From Mobula hypostoma (taxonomy: Eukaryota): a stretch of DNA of 64,000 nucleotides. The stretch is taken from NCBI RefSeq assembly GCF_963921235.1, contig NC_086097.1, positions 71,984,001-72,048,000 on the forward strand. The letters run 5' to 3'. This document shows, in pieces, positions 12,134 through 24,542 of this stretch; position 1 is the stretch's first letter, and each line of letters opens with the position of its first letter. Made by a program: the position numbers and the translations under genes. The notes under the pieces were generated by a model. The model worked only from the letters and a program-made list of their open reading frames with translations, was not told the DNA's origin and ran no database searches.

Positions 12134-13977
12134 GTATGATTGAGCCAACATGGACCCAGCAGGGTACTGGAGCCTTTTGTCAGCTGTGGCCAGCCACAGT
12201 GAGAAAACTTCAGGATGGAGCCTGGAGATATCTGGCCTCCAGTCGCCTTGTGCCAACTTCAGCTGGGAGGAAGCCAGAGTCACTCGGCTAAGGCTGTCAG
12301 TCACTCTGCAGAGCCAGTCCATCTTCCGACCATGGAAAGATTTGACGGTGACCCTGGTTTTGCCGCGGTTATCTCATCCAATGCTCAGTAGTATTTGAAA
12401 TCCAGCCATCCCGGTTCCCTTCGGAGCATGGAAAGGTGGCCTTTATTATCTCACTTCTGACTGGAAAAGCCCTGGCCTGGGCCACCACACATTGGGAATG
12501 GAGGTTAGAGATTTGCTCAGATTCACAGGAATTCATGGCCACCATGAGGAAGGAGTTCCATCACTCTGCTGGATCCAGCCAAGTCTCAGATGGTCTGATG
12601 AAGATTCATCAGGGTGGAAAGTCAGCAGCCAACTACACGATCAAATTTCAGACCTGGGCCCAAGAGAGTGGCTGGAGCAGGGAGGTCTTGACCACGCTAT
12701 ACCGTCACAGACTCTGAGATGGACTGAAGGAGCTTTTGCTTTTGGAGGACCCAGCCAAGGACTTAGAGGTTCTGATCGACCAATCCATTGGACTTGATAA
12801 CTGTCTGGCAGAGCATAAGTGGGGCTACGTCAAGAGGTGGAAGAGAGCTAGCCCGAGCCCAGCCTCAACTCATCGTTCTTCCACCGCACCCCCCTCCCCA
12901 CCCCATTCTTGACCAGCCCAACTCCTGCTCAGGATCTTGTCAAGCCCATGGAAGCCAAAGAGAGGCTCTGGCGTTGGAGTCAGAGTTGCTGCCATTACTG
13001 CGGGGAAGCAGGTCACATGCGGGTCAAATACTAAAAGGTGCAGCTGTTGGGAGAACTCTTCAGACCATCTGGTGTCAGGAGAATCTGCTGGTAGCAGCCA
13101 TAACCTCATAGATTCTGGTGTCACGCTGAGGGTAGAGATCTCCTGGGGTATGAACCCATGTGAGGTGAATGCTTTTTTGGACTCTGGGGCAGCTGAAAAT
13201 CTCCTGGACTTGGGGACTGCCTGTCAGCTCAACATACAGCCACAGGTGTTGAGTCAGCCAATGCCCACAACTGTCTTGGACATTGATCATGCAGAGGAAA
13301 TCAGTTTCTACATCACTGAGTCTCCGCACATACCCCTGATCCTCAGGCACCCTTGGCTGTCCCAGCATAAACCTTCTGTGAACTGGAAGGAAGGGACCAT
13401 TGCATAGATTGTCATCTGTGGCAGAGACGGCCAAAATTGTCTTGCACCAGGTCTTCAGGATCCATGGTGTTCTGGTGGACATTGTGTTGGATCGTGGTCC
13501 ATAATTCACATCACGTATCTGGAGGGTGATTTACAAATTGATTGGGGCAACAGCAATTCTTTCCTCTGGATTTCACGAATGGCTGGATGAAGCAGGTGAA
13601 CCAAGATCTGGAACAAACTCTAAGAGGCTGGGCCTCTAAAAGACCAGACGAATGGAGCAGCCACTTGATGTGGGCAAAATCGCCCACAACACTTTCCACC
13701 ATTCAGTACATGTGATATCTCTTTTGAAATGCCAGTTTGGGTATTCTCTGCCACTCTTTCAAGAACAAGAGGCCAAGGTTGGGGTCCCTATATCTGAAGA
13801 TCTCATCCAACACTGCAAGCAAAAATCGTTTTGGGCAAGAGAGGTTTTGCTGGACTCTGCCTGGAAAATGGAGACAAAGGCAAATGGAAAGAGAAGACAG
13901 GGGCCTGCTTTACAGCCTGGCCTGGCTGTCCACTCATGATTTTCCTCTCCAAATGGAGGCCAGGAAGTTGGCACCAA

Positions 13978-14570
13978 TGTTATGATGAGTTTGTATAAGG
14001 CATTGGTGAGGCCGAATCTGGAGTATTGTGTTCAGTTTTGGTCACCAAATTACAGGAAGGATATAAATAAGGTTGAAAGAGTGCAGAGAAGGTTTACAAG
14101 GATGTTGCCGGGACTTGAGAAACTCAGTTACAGAGAAAGGTTGAATAGGTTAGGACTTTATTCCCTGGAGCGTAGAAGAATGAGGGGAGATTTGATCGAG
14201 GTATATAAAATTATGCTGGGTATAGATACAGTGAATGCAAGCAGGCTTTTTCCACTGAGGCAAGGGGAGAAAAAAACCAGAGGACATGGGTTAAGGGTGA
14301 GGGGGGAAAAGTTTAAAGGGAACATTAAGGCAGGGCTTCTTCACACAGAGAGTGGTGGGAGTATGGAATGAGCTGCCAGATGAGGTGGTAAATACGGGTT
14401 CTTTATTAACATTTAAGAAAAAATTGGACAGATACATGGATGGGAGGTGTATGGAGGGATATGGTCCGTGTGCAGGTCAGTGGGACTAGGCAGAAAATGG
14501 TTCGGCACAGCCAAGAAGGGCCAAAAGGCCTGTTTCAGTGCTGTAGTTTCTATCGTTTCTATGGTTTTCT
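13978..14570 (+). mobile_element. Young 5'-truncated CR1 LINE nested in the Gypsy integrase
   Basis: ORF LYKALVRPNLEYCVQFWSP...RGDLIEVYKIM; (tttctatgg)-type tail; host reading RKLAP|KFIGPF is split by it. Confidence 0.92.
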
Positions 14571-14959
14571 AAGTTCATTGGACCTTTCAGGGTTCTCAGG
14601 AAAGTAAACCCGGAGGCCTGCATCTTACGGCTCCCCAAGGTCCTCAAGATCAATCCCACTTTCCACGTTTCCAAGTTAAAACCTGTGAACACCAGACTGT
14701 TAGCTCCACCACCACCAGCCCCGCTGCCAACCAGATTTGTTGCTGGGGAACAGGTTTTCACTGTGAGGGGATTTTTGGACTTGCGTACTATTCAATGTGT
14801 TTGGCAATACTTTGTGGACTAGGAAGGATCCGGATCAGAGAAGCGGTGCTGGGTGCCTGAAAGAGATATTTTGGATCCAGCTCTCATCCATGACTATTTT
14901 AACCACCTTCTCTCTGAACAGCCAGAGTTATCAGGAGTCAGCCATAGGGGAGGAGGTCC

Positions 14960-15278
14960 TGTTATGACATGCACCCATTCAAGCCAGCTTCCAAGGTTCA
15001 GACACTCTAACTCCCCAGAGTATGGATAGCTGATGCAGCCCCTTTAAAGATTCAGGACAGTCCTACTAATTGCCAATCATGTTTTGGGTGCCAAGGTTTG
15101 AGCACTTCAGGAGCACCTGAACTGAGGTTCAGTGTTCAATCATAAGCCTACTTATGATTTTGTCTAGTGTTTATTTGGTGCTCTGATTCTCAATCCAGTT
15201 TCAAATGGTGTCTCAATCCTTGCCTCGGATATTCCAGCATTTGGTTCCAAGCCATCCTCGTCAAGAACTCTCGTCACA
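14960..15278 (+). repeat. 3' LTR of the Gypsy chromovirus
   Basis: tgttatgaca...cgtcaca preceded by a polypurine tract. Confidence 0.9.
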
Positions 15279-15632
15279 GCTTTGGCCTGCTTACCTCATA
15301 AGTTCTGATAATATTCTTCACCATCTATGATACCATCTATTTTCCTATCAGAATTGGGTTTAATATCACTGGCATATGTTGTGAAAATATCATCCACAAA
15401 CTGAAGAAGCACATCCAAATCCTTTATAGTATATTAGTTGCAAATTACTAATGTCCCAGTACTGAGCCCTGGGTAGTCACTGGCCTCTAATCTGAGAAAC
15501 CTTATTCTCTGCTTCTTACCAACAAGCCAATTACAAATCCAATTAACTATTGCTCCCTGGATCTCATGCAAACAAAACTTCTGAACTGGCCTGCCATGCA
15601 GGACCTTGTCAAATGCCTTCCTGAAATCCATA

Positions 15633-16245
15633 TTAGATTAGATTATATTAGATTAGATTCAACTTTATTGTCATTGTGCTGAGTACAGATACAAAGCCAA
15701 TGAAATGCAATTAGCATCTGACCAGAAATGCAAAAGAATAGTATTATTTACAAAATAACTGCGAATAAAAAGTAAGTGCTACAGCACACAAATATAAAAG
15801 TACTGAGACAGTCCAATATGGGTGCAATGCTGCCTAGCGCTGTGATGTGAGGTTCAGCAGGGTCACAGCCTCAGGGAAGAAGCTCTTCCTGAGCCTGCTG
15901 GTGCAGGAGCGGAGGCTCCTGTAGCACCTACCGGATGGGAGGAGAGTAAAAAGTCCGTGGTTAGGGTGAGATGCATCCTTGATAATGCTTTATGCCCTGC
16001 CCAGGCAGCATTTATGGTAGATGTTCTCAATGGTGGGCAATTGGGGGCCAATAATCCACTGGGCAGTTTTCACCACCTACTGGAGTGCCTTGCAGTCCGA
16101 TATGGGACAATTGCCATACCACACTGATGCTCTCAGTGGTGCAGTGGTAAAAGTTCGTCAGTATCCTGGGACAGAGTTGAGCTTTCTCGATGCTCTGCAG
16201 GAAATAAAGGCGTTGTTGTGCCTTTTTGGTCAGGATGGAGGAGAA
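15633..16245 (-). mobile_element. Rex1/Babar-like LINE 3' fragment
   Basis: KKAQQRLYFL...LTNFYHCTTES coding relic; (attag)n tail; same family tail at 44200-44315. Confidence 0.8.
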
Positions 16246-16399
16246 TGGAGGATAGACAACTTCCATTGCTCTACCCTTATCCATCTTCTTGTTCACTTCA
16301 AACAACTTTTGAGATTTGTAAGACAGCATTTCCCACTTTCAAAGCCTTGCTCACTATCCCTAATTAGATTCTGCCTGTCGAAATTTGACTCTCTGAACA

Positions 16400-16588
16400 G
16401 AATCTTGCTCCTCTTTTTTCCTTCACTTCTTTACGCTGACTATTTCCCCTCTATTGTTTGGTCTAAATGAAGAGTCTCAACCCAAAATGTCTACCGTCCA
16501 TCTCCCTCCACAGATGTTACCTGACCTTCAGAGTACTCAAAGAGTTTGATTCCTGGTCAAGATTCCAGCAGCTATGATCTCTTGTGTC
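16400..16588 (+). mobile_element. Decayed Penelope terminal fragment
   Basis: aatgaagagtctcaacccaaaatgtc...cagatgttacctgacc...gattccagcagct resembles the family tail. Confidence 0.55.
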
Positions 16589-16685
16589 CTCAGTTCAGCC
16601 TGAATGTTTGGCCCAGCTGGTTTTACGGATTTGGATCTTCCCCAAGTCTATCTGCTTGTTCAATCTTCCCTTGACTCCCAGCTCC

Positions 16686-16880
16686 ATAGACCATAAGATT
16701 ATTGGAGCAGAATTAGGCCATTTGGCCCATCGAGTCTGCTCTGCCATTTCATCATGGCTCATCCATTTTCCTTCTCAGCCCCAACCTCCCATCTTCTTCT
16801 TGTATCCCTTCATGCCCTGACTATAATCAAGAATCTATCCACCTCAACCTTAAACATACTGAATGATTTGGCCTCCACAT
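16686..16880 (-). mobile_element. CR1 3' end
   Basis: catagaccataagattattggagcagaattaggccatttggcccatcgag tail, similar to 5481-5560. Confidence 0.8.
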
Positions 16881-16919
16881 CACTTTAATATTGTCATCAA
16901 CTCAGCTTCTACTACTATT

Positions 16920-17212
16920 TCTGGCAATACATTCCAGGTACTCATTACACCGGATGACAAATCTCCTCAGAACCTCTCTAAGCTTCTAACCCATTACCCT
17001 AAATCTATGGTCACTAATGTTATCTACCTCCGATAATAGGAAAAGATTTCTATGGGAAACAAAATCTCTCATAATTTTATATACTTCAATCATGAAGCCT
17101 CCTAACCTCCTCTGTTCCAGTATCAAAAGACCTAGCCTCTTCAATCTTTCCCGATAACTAAAACACTTCATTCCAGATAACTTTGTGGTGAATCTTCTCT
17201 GCACCCTCTCAT
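16920..17212 (-). mobile_element. Old CR1 ORF2 C-terminal fragment
   Basis: QRRFTTKLSGMKCFSYRERLKRLGL...IEVYKIM. Confidence 0.8.
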
Positions 17213-18329
17213 GTGTTATCTATTCTTTCTTTCCTTGTTTCCTTGTGCTGGGAAACTGCACATTCGCACAGGTTTAAATAGGGAGAGAAACAGTTCACTG
17301 TTACTGGATAGGAGAAAGAAATCAAAGTTCTGGCATTGTTCATGGCAATGATTATTATAAAGTCTGTAGATCTTAATCTTACATATCTGTTTCATCAAAA
17401 GTAAATGCCTTCTGTGTTTATTGACCCCCGTGCATGTTTATTTTCACACTCAAAGAATTTGCAGTACTTGTTCTCATTTATGATGAACAGTGAACCAGTT
17501 GACTACTGTTTACATTACAAGAAGAAAGGTTTAAGGTATAGATGCAAATTTATATGTGATCATAACCAAAAGGCTTTAATTGTTCAAGTTCTGATTATCG
17601 AATCGCCTACCATAAGACCCGATTGGATCAGATCTGGGGTTAATTTTATCTCATTAGTATTTAGCATTTCCTGTAGCATATTACAAAGTTCTTCTGTGTT
17701 CAAGATTGAAGTTCAGCTCTTGATATTAACACTTTTGATATTCTTTTCAAATTTGGTCACACAATACATGTTTGATAGTCAGGTCTTCTCTGATCACCAC
17801 TGTGAAAAGCATCAATTGAAATTGCTTCGATCTCCTGCAATTAACTTTGAGGAAAAGAAACATCTGAAAGTAACGGAAGTTTCAAAAATGCTGTGTTTCA
17901 AATGAGCTGATAGTTAGTTGTCCAGGTGATTCATGAACATTATGTGCCAGTGATTGAACACTTCATAAAAGATGCTGAAAATCATTGATAGAAGAAAAAA
18001 AAGTCTAAAGTTTTGGTTGGGCAGTGGGAGGAATTTTTAAAAGTTCTGATTTACATCAGGGAAAAATTCGATTTCTAGGACCTTAATATGCTGAGGATTA
18101 ATGACCATTGCATTAATTTCCTAATCTCTAAATATTTCCCTGGGAGGAATGTAATGCACCGAACAAAATATGTGTGTGTGGGTGGAGGTGAGGGATTGGA
18201 AAGTTGGTGAGCTGAAGTTTTTATTCTTCATAACAAGCAGATGGCTAATGAAGTTCACAGAAATCTTATGCTTTTTTTACCCTGGCCTATCAGCGACTTG
18301 GCAGAGGTGAATCTATAAGTGTCTTTGAA

Positions 18330-18640
18330 GTACAGCGGTGCTTCACTGATCAAGTAATCTAGGTTCATTCTTGATCTTTGGTGCTGTCTGTATGTTCTCC
18401 CTGCACAGCTTGAGTTTTTCTTCAGTTTCCTCCCACATTCCAAAGACTTCTTGGCAAGTTAATTGCTACAGTAAATTACCCTTAAACTGTGTGATGGCAG
18501 GAGAATCAGGGTGAGCTGATGGGCTTGTATGTAAGAGAGAGAGGGAGTAGATTATAGAGAAATGAAAGGGGAATGAGCCTGATAAGATAGCTCCGAGAAT
18601 CAGCATAGAATCAAAGAACTAAATGGTCTCCTATATTGAA
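18330..18640 (+). mobile_element. Decayed V-SINE/HE1-like SINE
   Basis: gttctccc...cagtttcctcccacattccaaagac V-domain-like motif; CR1-like tail. Confidence 0.6.
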
Positions 18641-18881
18641 AAAATATGAAAAAAACTCATTGGAGATCTGTATATCCAACTCTACAACCAAACAAAGATT
18701 GGTGACATAAATAATGTAGGCAGGACCAAAATATTGACATAAAGTTATGAGAATTCAAATGGTGGCCACTCAGCCCAAGAGATCTGAACAGGCTCCTGGA
18801 TATGAAACTGTTTGAGTCCCATTTTCCCTCTCTCTCTAAATCCCTGCAACAACCTCTCAGGTTATCAACTTCTCTTTCAGC

Positions 18882-19045
18882 AACAAACAATCTGCTGCAG
18901 CAATTTAGCAGGTTGAAGAGCATCAGTTTGACGCAAGGTTTTGATTCAAAACCCTACATCAAGCCCTTCCTCCCACTGCTCAGCCCCTGAGATCCCCAGC
19001 ATATCTTACGTAGCCCCAGTTTCCAGCATCTGTTGTCTCATGTCT
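18882..19045. mobile_element. Highly decayed Penelope-tail fold-back remnant
   Basis: aacaaacaatctgctgcagcaatttagcagg ... ttccagcatctgttgtctc in opposite orientations. Confidence 0.45.
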
Positions 19046-19084
19046 TTATTGTACAACTCCCCTTTGCCAGTGTTTGCCACTAAT

Positions 19085-19260
19085 TTAACTGGTGTTAAGA
19101 TATAATTTACAGTGGCTATTTAACTTGCTAGGATGTCTTGGTCATTTTGGAGGAAAATAGAGAACTGGACCAAACCCACGTAGTTTCAGGAAGAACATGC
19201 AAACTGCAAACAGATTGCATCAGAAGGCAGGATCAAACCTGGCTGGTGCTGATGCCTCAC
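19085..19260 (-). mobile_element. Decayed V-SINE/HE1-like SINE fragment
   Basis: ggaggaaaatagagaac...aaacccacg...gaagaacatgcaaactgcaaacag is the reverse complement of the V-domain. Confidence 0.55.
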
Positions 19261-19929
19261 AGATCCAGGGATCTGGGTTAAAAGAGATGGATGTGTTTCA
19301 AGAGTGTGGAGCCAAGGCAGGATCATAGAATCAAGTTGTTGTTCAGCAATGATCTTATTGAAGGAATGAATTGCCATGTCCATTCTGATTTCTCAGCATA
19401 TTTTCTCTCTACTTTCTTACCCCACCTGTATTGTTATATAATTGTAAAATGTTCAACTTTTAAACAAAAAAAAATCACCCTCAACAAACCAAATTTTCTA
19501 GTCTTCCAAACAATTACATTGAACATTATTGGCAGTTGTAAAATACAGATGTTCTGCTAATAAAGCTGTTAATTAATTGTCAAAGTAGGACTATTATAAT
19601 TTTTGCTTTCAATTTAATGCTAACTCAGTCAGAAGTACTTCTCTTTCCGCCAAGTGAATACAAACAGAATCAAATAACTTGGATCAGCTCTACACACCAG
19701 ATATGTGTTGCTTGATGTTTTCAGGTAAATCCAATCTGGCTTCCAATGTTGATGAAAGCCAGAAAATAATTTAGGAAATGCACAGAGCAGACAACATGTC
19801 AAGGAGAAGTAGTGCAGCTTTTCATAAAAGAAACTCTTAAAGGAGGGTTGAAGCTGTAAGGTACATGTTCCGTGCTGTATCTTTGTGAAATATCTAATTG
19901 CTAGTAAAATTTTTCTGGAAAAAAAAACA

Positions 19930-20100
19930 ACAGAGTGCAGGAAATAATCAGAAGGTCAGGTAGCAGGAATGTAAAGAGAAATAGATTTAACATTTCAGGC
20001 TGAAGACTGTAAGACAAAAGCTCTTCATCGTAAACCCTTAACTCTGTTTTGCTTTCCGCTGATTCTGCAAGACCTGTTGAGGATTTCCTGCACATTTTCT
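19930..20100. mobile_element. Decayed Penelope-type fold-back remnant
   Basis: gtgcaggaaataatcagaaggtc ... gacctgttgaggatttcctgcac imperfect inverted arms. Confidence 0.55.
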
Positions 20101-20264
20101 GACTATTTCGGATTCCAGTTTAGTCCATTAATATTGAATATGTATTTAGTGAACTTATCATTTGAGATTATATGAGGGAAATCTTCAAAATATTCAGTAG
20201 AGACAGGGAAGAATAAGTGTTTCAATTTTCGATGGTTTACCTGATGGAATATCATAAATATTGC

Positions 20265-20352
20265 GTTTCCACGGATGCTGCCCGACCTGCTGAATTCCTC
20301 CAGCATGTTGTGAGTGTTGCTTTGACCCCAGCATCTGCAGAGTATTTTGTGT
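20265..20352 (+). mobile_element. 88 bp Penelope tail insertion
   Basis: Family tail gatgctgcccgacctgctg...ccagcatctgcag; exact 13 bp TSD tcataaatattgc (20252-20264, 20353-20365). Confidence 0.85.
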
Positions 20353-20904
20353 TCATAAATATTGCAATATTGATAGCATCATCTGTGATTCAGATATTTT
20401 ACATCAAAACCAGACTTACTCTAACAAATAGTTTTGTGAAATTTTGTTCTATTGGGGGAAAATACTCACCAAAAATTACTTATTCTATGGTATGTTGTGG
20501 TGATGATAAATCTATTATAAAGATTTTGCTTGGTTTCAAGGCCGAAGTCAACTGTTACATCAATGTAATAACAGGCAAATTCAATAGCATGAATGAGGAC
20601 TTCTGTACTAATGAGATGGAAAAACCATTCATTGTTTTCTTTGGAGTACAAGATGTAAGCCTGATTCATAAGGGAGATATTGAATATTATGTAGGGCTTG
20701 AGAGTAAACCAGACACTATTGGCAGGAGGAATGAAAAACGTAAACTTTGGTTGAAGATAACTGGTAGAGGAGCCAGGTGGAAGATCATGAAATATTTCTA
20801 CATGACACTGATGTCTTCAAAAGAGTGATGCAAATAGATTCTGTGATAAATTTCAAAAAAGGAATTAATTGAATATAAAAAAGAAGTGGGTGTAGAATTT
20901 CAGG

Positions 20905-21090
20905 CTGTGATGCCTGTCTGCTCTTCAATAAGATCATGGACCAACTATTACATTGATTCATTTCCCTGTACTAATTTCACCTTTCAGTTGCCTTAACATT
21001 AAAAAAAAATCTATTGATCTCTGCTTTGAATATACTCAAGGAATGAGCATCCACGGCCTCCTATGTAGATAATTCCATCAATTCAGCAGC
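20905..21090 (-). mobile_element. Old CR1 3' fragment
   Basis: ttcaataagatcatgg...ttgaatatactcaa...catccacggcctc resembles other CR1 3' ends in the window. Confidence 0.55.
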
Positions 21091-21144
21091 CCGTGGCTCT
21101 ATATAATCAATATGACATCACTCTTCTACTCAATTTCTCTTACA

Positions 21145-22680
21145 GTCATAGATTTATACAGCATAGAACTAGCCTTTTGGCCCAACTTGCCCTTGCCAGC
21201 CAAGGTGCCCATCTCAACTAGCCCCTTTTGCCTGCATTTGGACCACATTTCTTGAAATCTTCCCTATTTATGTACCTGTTTAACTGTCATTTAAACATAG
21301 CAATTGTATCTACTTCTGCCTCTTCCACTGTCACCTTGATCCACATACTTAGCAGTCTCTGTATGAAACAGTTGTCCCAAAGGTCCTCTTTGAATCTCCC
21401 CCCTCTCATTTTAAACCCAGTATACCTTACACTTAAAAAAAACACGGTAACCATTCTAGTGAACGCAGCAGGCCATGCAGCATCTCTAGGAAGAGGTAGA
21501 GTCGACGTTTCGGGCCGAGACCCTTTGTCAGGACTAACTGAAAGAAGAGCTAGTAAGAGATTTGAAAGTGGGAGGGGGGAGGGCGAAGATCCGAAATGAT
21601 AGGAGAAGACAGGAGGGGGAGGGATGGAGCCAAGAGCTGGACAGGTGATTGGCAAAGGGGATATGAGAGGATCGTGGGACAGGAGACCCAGAGAGAAAGA
21701 AAGGGGGAGGGGGGGAGCCCACAGGATGGGCAAGGGGTATGGTGAGAGGAGCAGAGAGAGAAAAAGGAGAGAGAGAAAAAGAATGTGTGTATATAAATAA
21801 ATAATGGATGGGGTACGAGGGGGAGGTGGGGCATTAACGGAAATTAGAGAAGTCAATGTTTATGCCATCAGGTTGGAGGCTACCCAGTCGGAATATAAGG
21901 TGTTGTTCCTCCAACCGGAGTGTGGCTTCATCTTTACAGTAGGGGAGGCCATGGATAGACATATCAGAAAGGGAATGGGACGTAGAATTAAAATGTGTGG
22001 TCACTGGGAGATCCTGCTTTCTCTAGCAGACAGAGCGTAGGTATTCAGCGAAATGATCTCCCACTCTGCATTGGGAATGCGGCCCCTGATGTGGCCTTCT
22101 ATATATCGCCAATATATTCTATACATTCTTTTTCTCTCTCTCCTTTTTTTCCCTCTGTCCCTCTCACTATACCCCTTGCTCATCCTCTGGGCTTCACCCC
22201 TCCCCCTTTTCTTTCTCCCTGGGCCTCCTGTCCCATGATCCTCTCATATCCCTTTTGCCAATCAACTGTCCAGCTCTTGGCTCCATCCCTCCCCCTCCTG
22301 TCTTCTCCTATCGTTTTGGATCCCCCCCTCCCCCTCCCACTTTCAAATCTCTTACTAGCTCTTCTTTCAGCTGGTCCTGACAAAGGGTCTTGGCCCGAAA
22401 CGTCGACTGCACCTCTTCCTAGAGATACTGCCTGGCCTGCTGCATTCACCAGCAACTTTTATGTGTGTTGCTTGAAATTCTAGCATCTGCAGATTTCTTC
22501 GTGTTTACGGTAACCATCCTCCTTATTTATGCCTCTCACGAATTTATATCCCCCTATAAGATCACCCTTCAGACTCCAATGCTCCAGGAAAAAATGGAGC
22601 TTTTTCAGCTGAATGATACCCTTTGTATAGCTGGGTGACCAGAACCGCAAACAATACTGCATGTGCAGTCTCACCAATAT
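21145..22680 (-). mobile_element. CR1 3' fragment split by an inverted Penelope insertion
   Basis: CR1 tail at 21145; FKMRGGRFKEDL and QYCLRFWSP...LKGDLIGGYK relics on either side. Confidence 0.8.
21458..22506. mobile_element. Penelope-like element with large inverted duplication (minus arm about 21458-22075, plus arm about 22105-22506)
   Basis: Two opposed copies of the Penelope 3' region; 14 bp TSD acggtaaccattct / acggtaaccatcct (21444-21457, 22507-22520). Confidence 0.9.
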
Positions 22681-22699
22681 CTTAAAATAAAGCCTGACT

Positions 22700-24060
22700 T
22701 ACATTGAATTCCTAACTGGTCTCTGAGCCAGCATGTTGAGTTTCAGTAGTTTGTTACAAGGTCGCTCATATCAGCATCTTTTAATCTCTTACCATTGAAA
22801 AGATGCTCTACCTTTCAGTTCCTCTTGCGCAATTGGATTGTCTCATATGCTTTCAGATTATTTTCCATCTGCTAAGATCTTCCACATTCAGTTATCTTGT
22901 CTCTAATTCTGCATCATCCTCATAGCCCAGGCTGTCATTCAGCTTTGTATATTATCTGCAAATCTGGACACGTTCAAGTCATTGATACAGACTGTGAAGA
23001 GTATCAGCACCCCACTGGTTACAGTACCCCAAGCCAAAAATGACCCCTTTGTTCTTTCTTCTTATTTCTGTTACTTAACCTTTTCTTGATCCATACATCA
23101 GTGTATTACCTCCAATTTCATGAGGTCAAATTTTGTTTAAAATTTCTTCTAAACCACCTTATCAACGATCTACTGAAATTGTAAATATACCATTTCTGAT
23201 GGTTTGTCTTTACCTATTATGCTAATTACAACTTCAGAAACTTAAACAATTTGTCAAACAAAATTTCCCCTTTCAGAAATCCATGTTTGCTCTATATGTT
23301 GTAAGCGCCCTGTTACTTCTTCTTTAATAATAGAGATTCCAGCATACTCTCTATTATTGATGGATCTATAAGTCCCAGTTTAATTCTTCCTCCTTTCTGA
23401 TACAGAGAGGTTGCATTTGCTTCCTTTGAATGTATGCAGATCTTTTACTATTTACAGAATTTTGGAGAATGAAAACTATTGTGTACACTTTTTTCATGGT
23501 CACTTCTTTCAAAACTAAAGTTGTGGTTAATTGGGTTTTGGGGGGTAAGGGGTTTATCAACTTTCAAGACCATATAATTTTCACATAATAACTTCCACTA
23601 ATGCTAATTTCTTTAAGCTCCTAGACCTGTAATCGTTCACAATTATTTGTTAAGTTTTTGCATCCATTTCTATAAAGGAAAATGTGAAATATATGTTTAA
23701 TTCCTTACTCTTGAGTATTTCCCCCCATGTCAGTCTTTAATTGATCCATCATAACTTCTACTTATTTTCTCCTCATTTTTCTATAGAGTTCTGCAATCTG
23801 TTTCTATGATTCTGCCGAGCCTACTTTCATACTCTACTTTCTCTTTCCTTATGAATGCCTTGTTCCTCCTTTGCTAAATTCTGCATTAAGTCCGTTGTTA
23901 AGTTCTCTTGGTAACCAAGGCTGGACAACTTTTCCTGTATTCTTTCCTTAAAGGCATATACTGTAAATTACCTGTAACCTAAATATCAATTCTTTAAAAG
24001 ATTACCACTGTTATACACTTAAATGCTGTTTTCCAATTTAACCATATTCAGACTTAAGAC
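22700..24060 (-). mobile_element. Highly decayed CR1 RT/tether fragments
   Basis: Patchy similarity to other CR1 copies (cagcaccccactggttaca, gaaatccatgtttgctc, tctttaataatagagattccagcat). Confidence 0.55.
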
Positions 24061-24089
24061 CCCAATCTTAGTTTGAATTAACTTTCAAC

Positions 24090-24542
24090 TTGTATACAGA
24101 GCCATCACAAGAATGCAGCATCCATCATCAAGGGCCCCTACTGTCCAGGCCATGCTCTCTTCCCTTGCTGCCATCAGGAAGAAGGTACTGGAGCCTGAGT
24201 TTCCATACCACCAAGTTCAAGAGTAGTTCTTACCCTTCAACCATCAGGCTCCTGAACCAGCGTGGGCATCTTCTCTCACCACAACACTGAACTGATCATT
24301 GAACGCAACCTTTGGACTTACTTTGAAGTGCTCTACAACTCATGTTCTAAGGTTTGCTTGTTTGTCTGTTTATTGTTATTACTTGTTTCGTTTTGTATTT
24401 GCAAAATTTGCCTCTTTGTAGTTTTTAATTAATTCTATTGTACTTCTTTGTTGTATTGTGAATGCCCACAAAGAAATGAATTTCTAGGTTGTATTCAGTA
24501 ACATATACGTACTTTGATAATAAATTTACTTTGAACTCTGAA
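24090..24542 (+). mobile_element. Rex1/Babar-like LINE 3' end
   Basis: LLPSGRRYWSL...FKSSSYPSTIRLLN; tail tttgataataaatttactttgaac. Confidence 0.85.

Larger units (their letters stand above)
11815..15278 (+). mobile_element. Gypsy chromovirus (Sushi-like) LTR retrotransposon lacking RT/RNase H
   Basis: Two 319 bp LTRs; TSD gcctt/gcttt; gag start MDPA at 12150, VAFIISLLTGKALAWAT, zinc knuckle near 12990, protease FLDSGAAEN, integrase relic, chromodomain-like QYFVD*EGSGSEKRCWVP, PPT ggggaggagg. Confidence 0.92.
11440..16380 (-). mobile_element. Old CR1 LINE, fragmented (pieces about 11440-11814, 15279-15632, 16248-16380)
   Basis: CR1 motifs incl. DFRKAFDKV (15434-15631) and MDKGRAMEVVY; interrupted by a Gypsy element and a Rex-like LINE. 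Confidence 0.75.

Noticed and set aside
17405..17905. 166 aa ORF
   Set aside because: No recognisable domain; composition typical of random AT-rich DNA
20217..20828. 203 aa ORF
   Set aside because: Runs through a Penelope tail insertion and its TSD; no homology recognised
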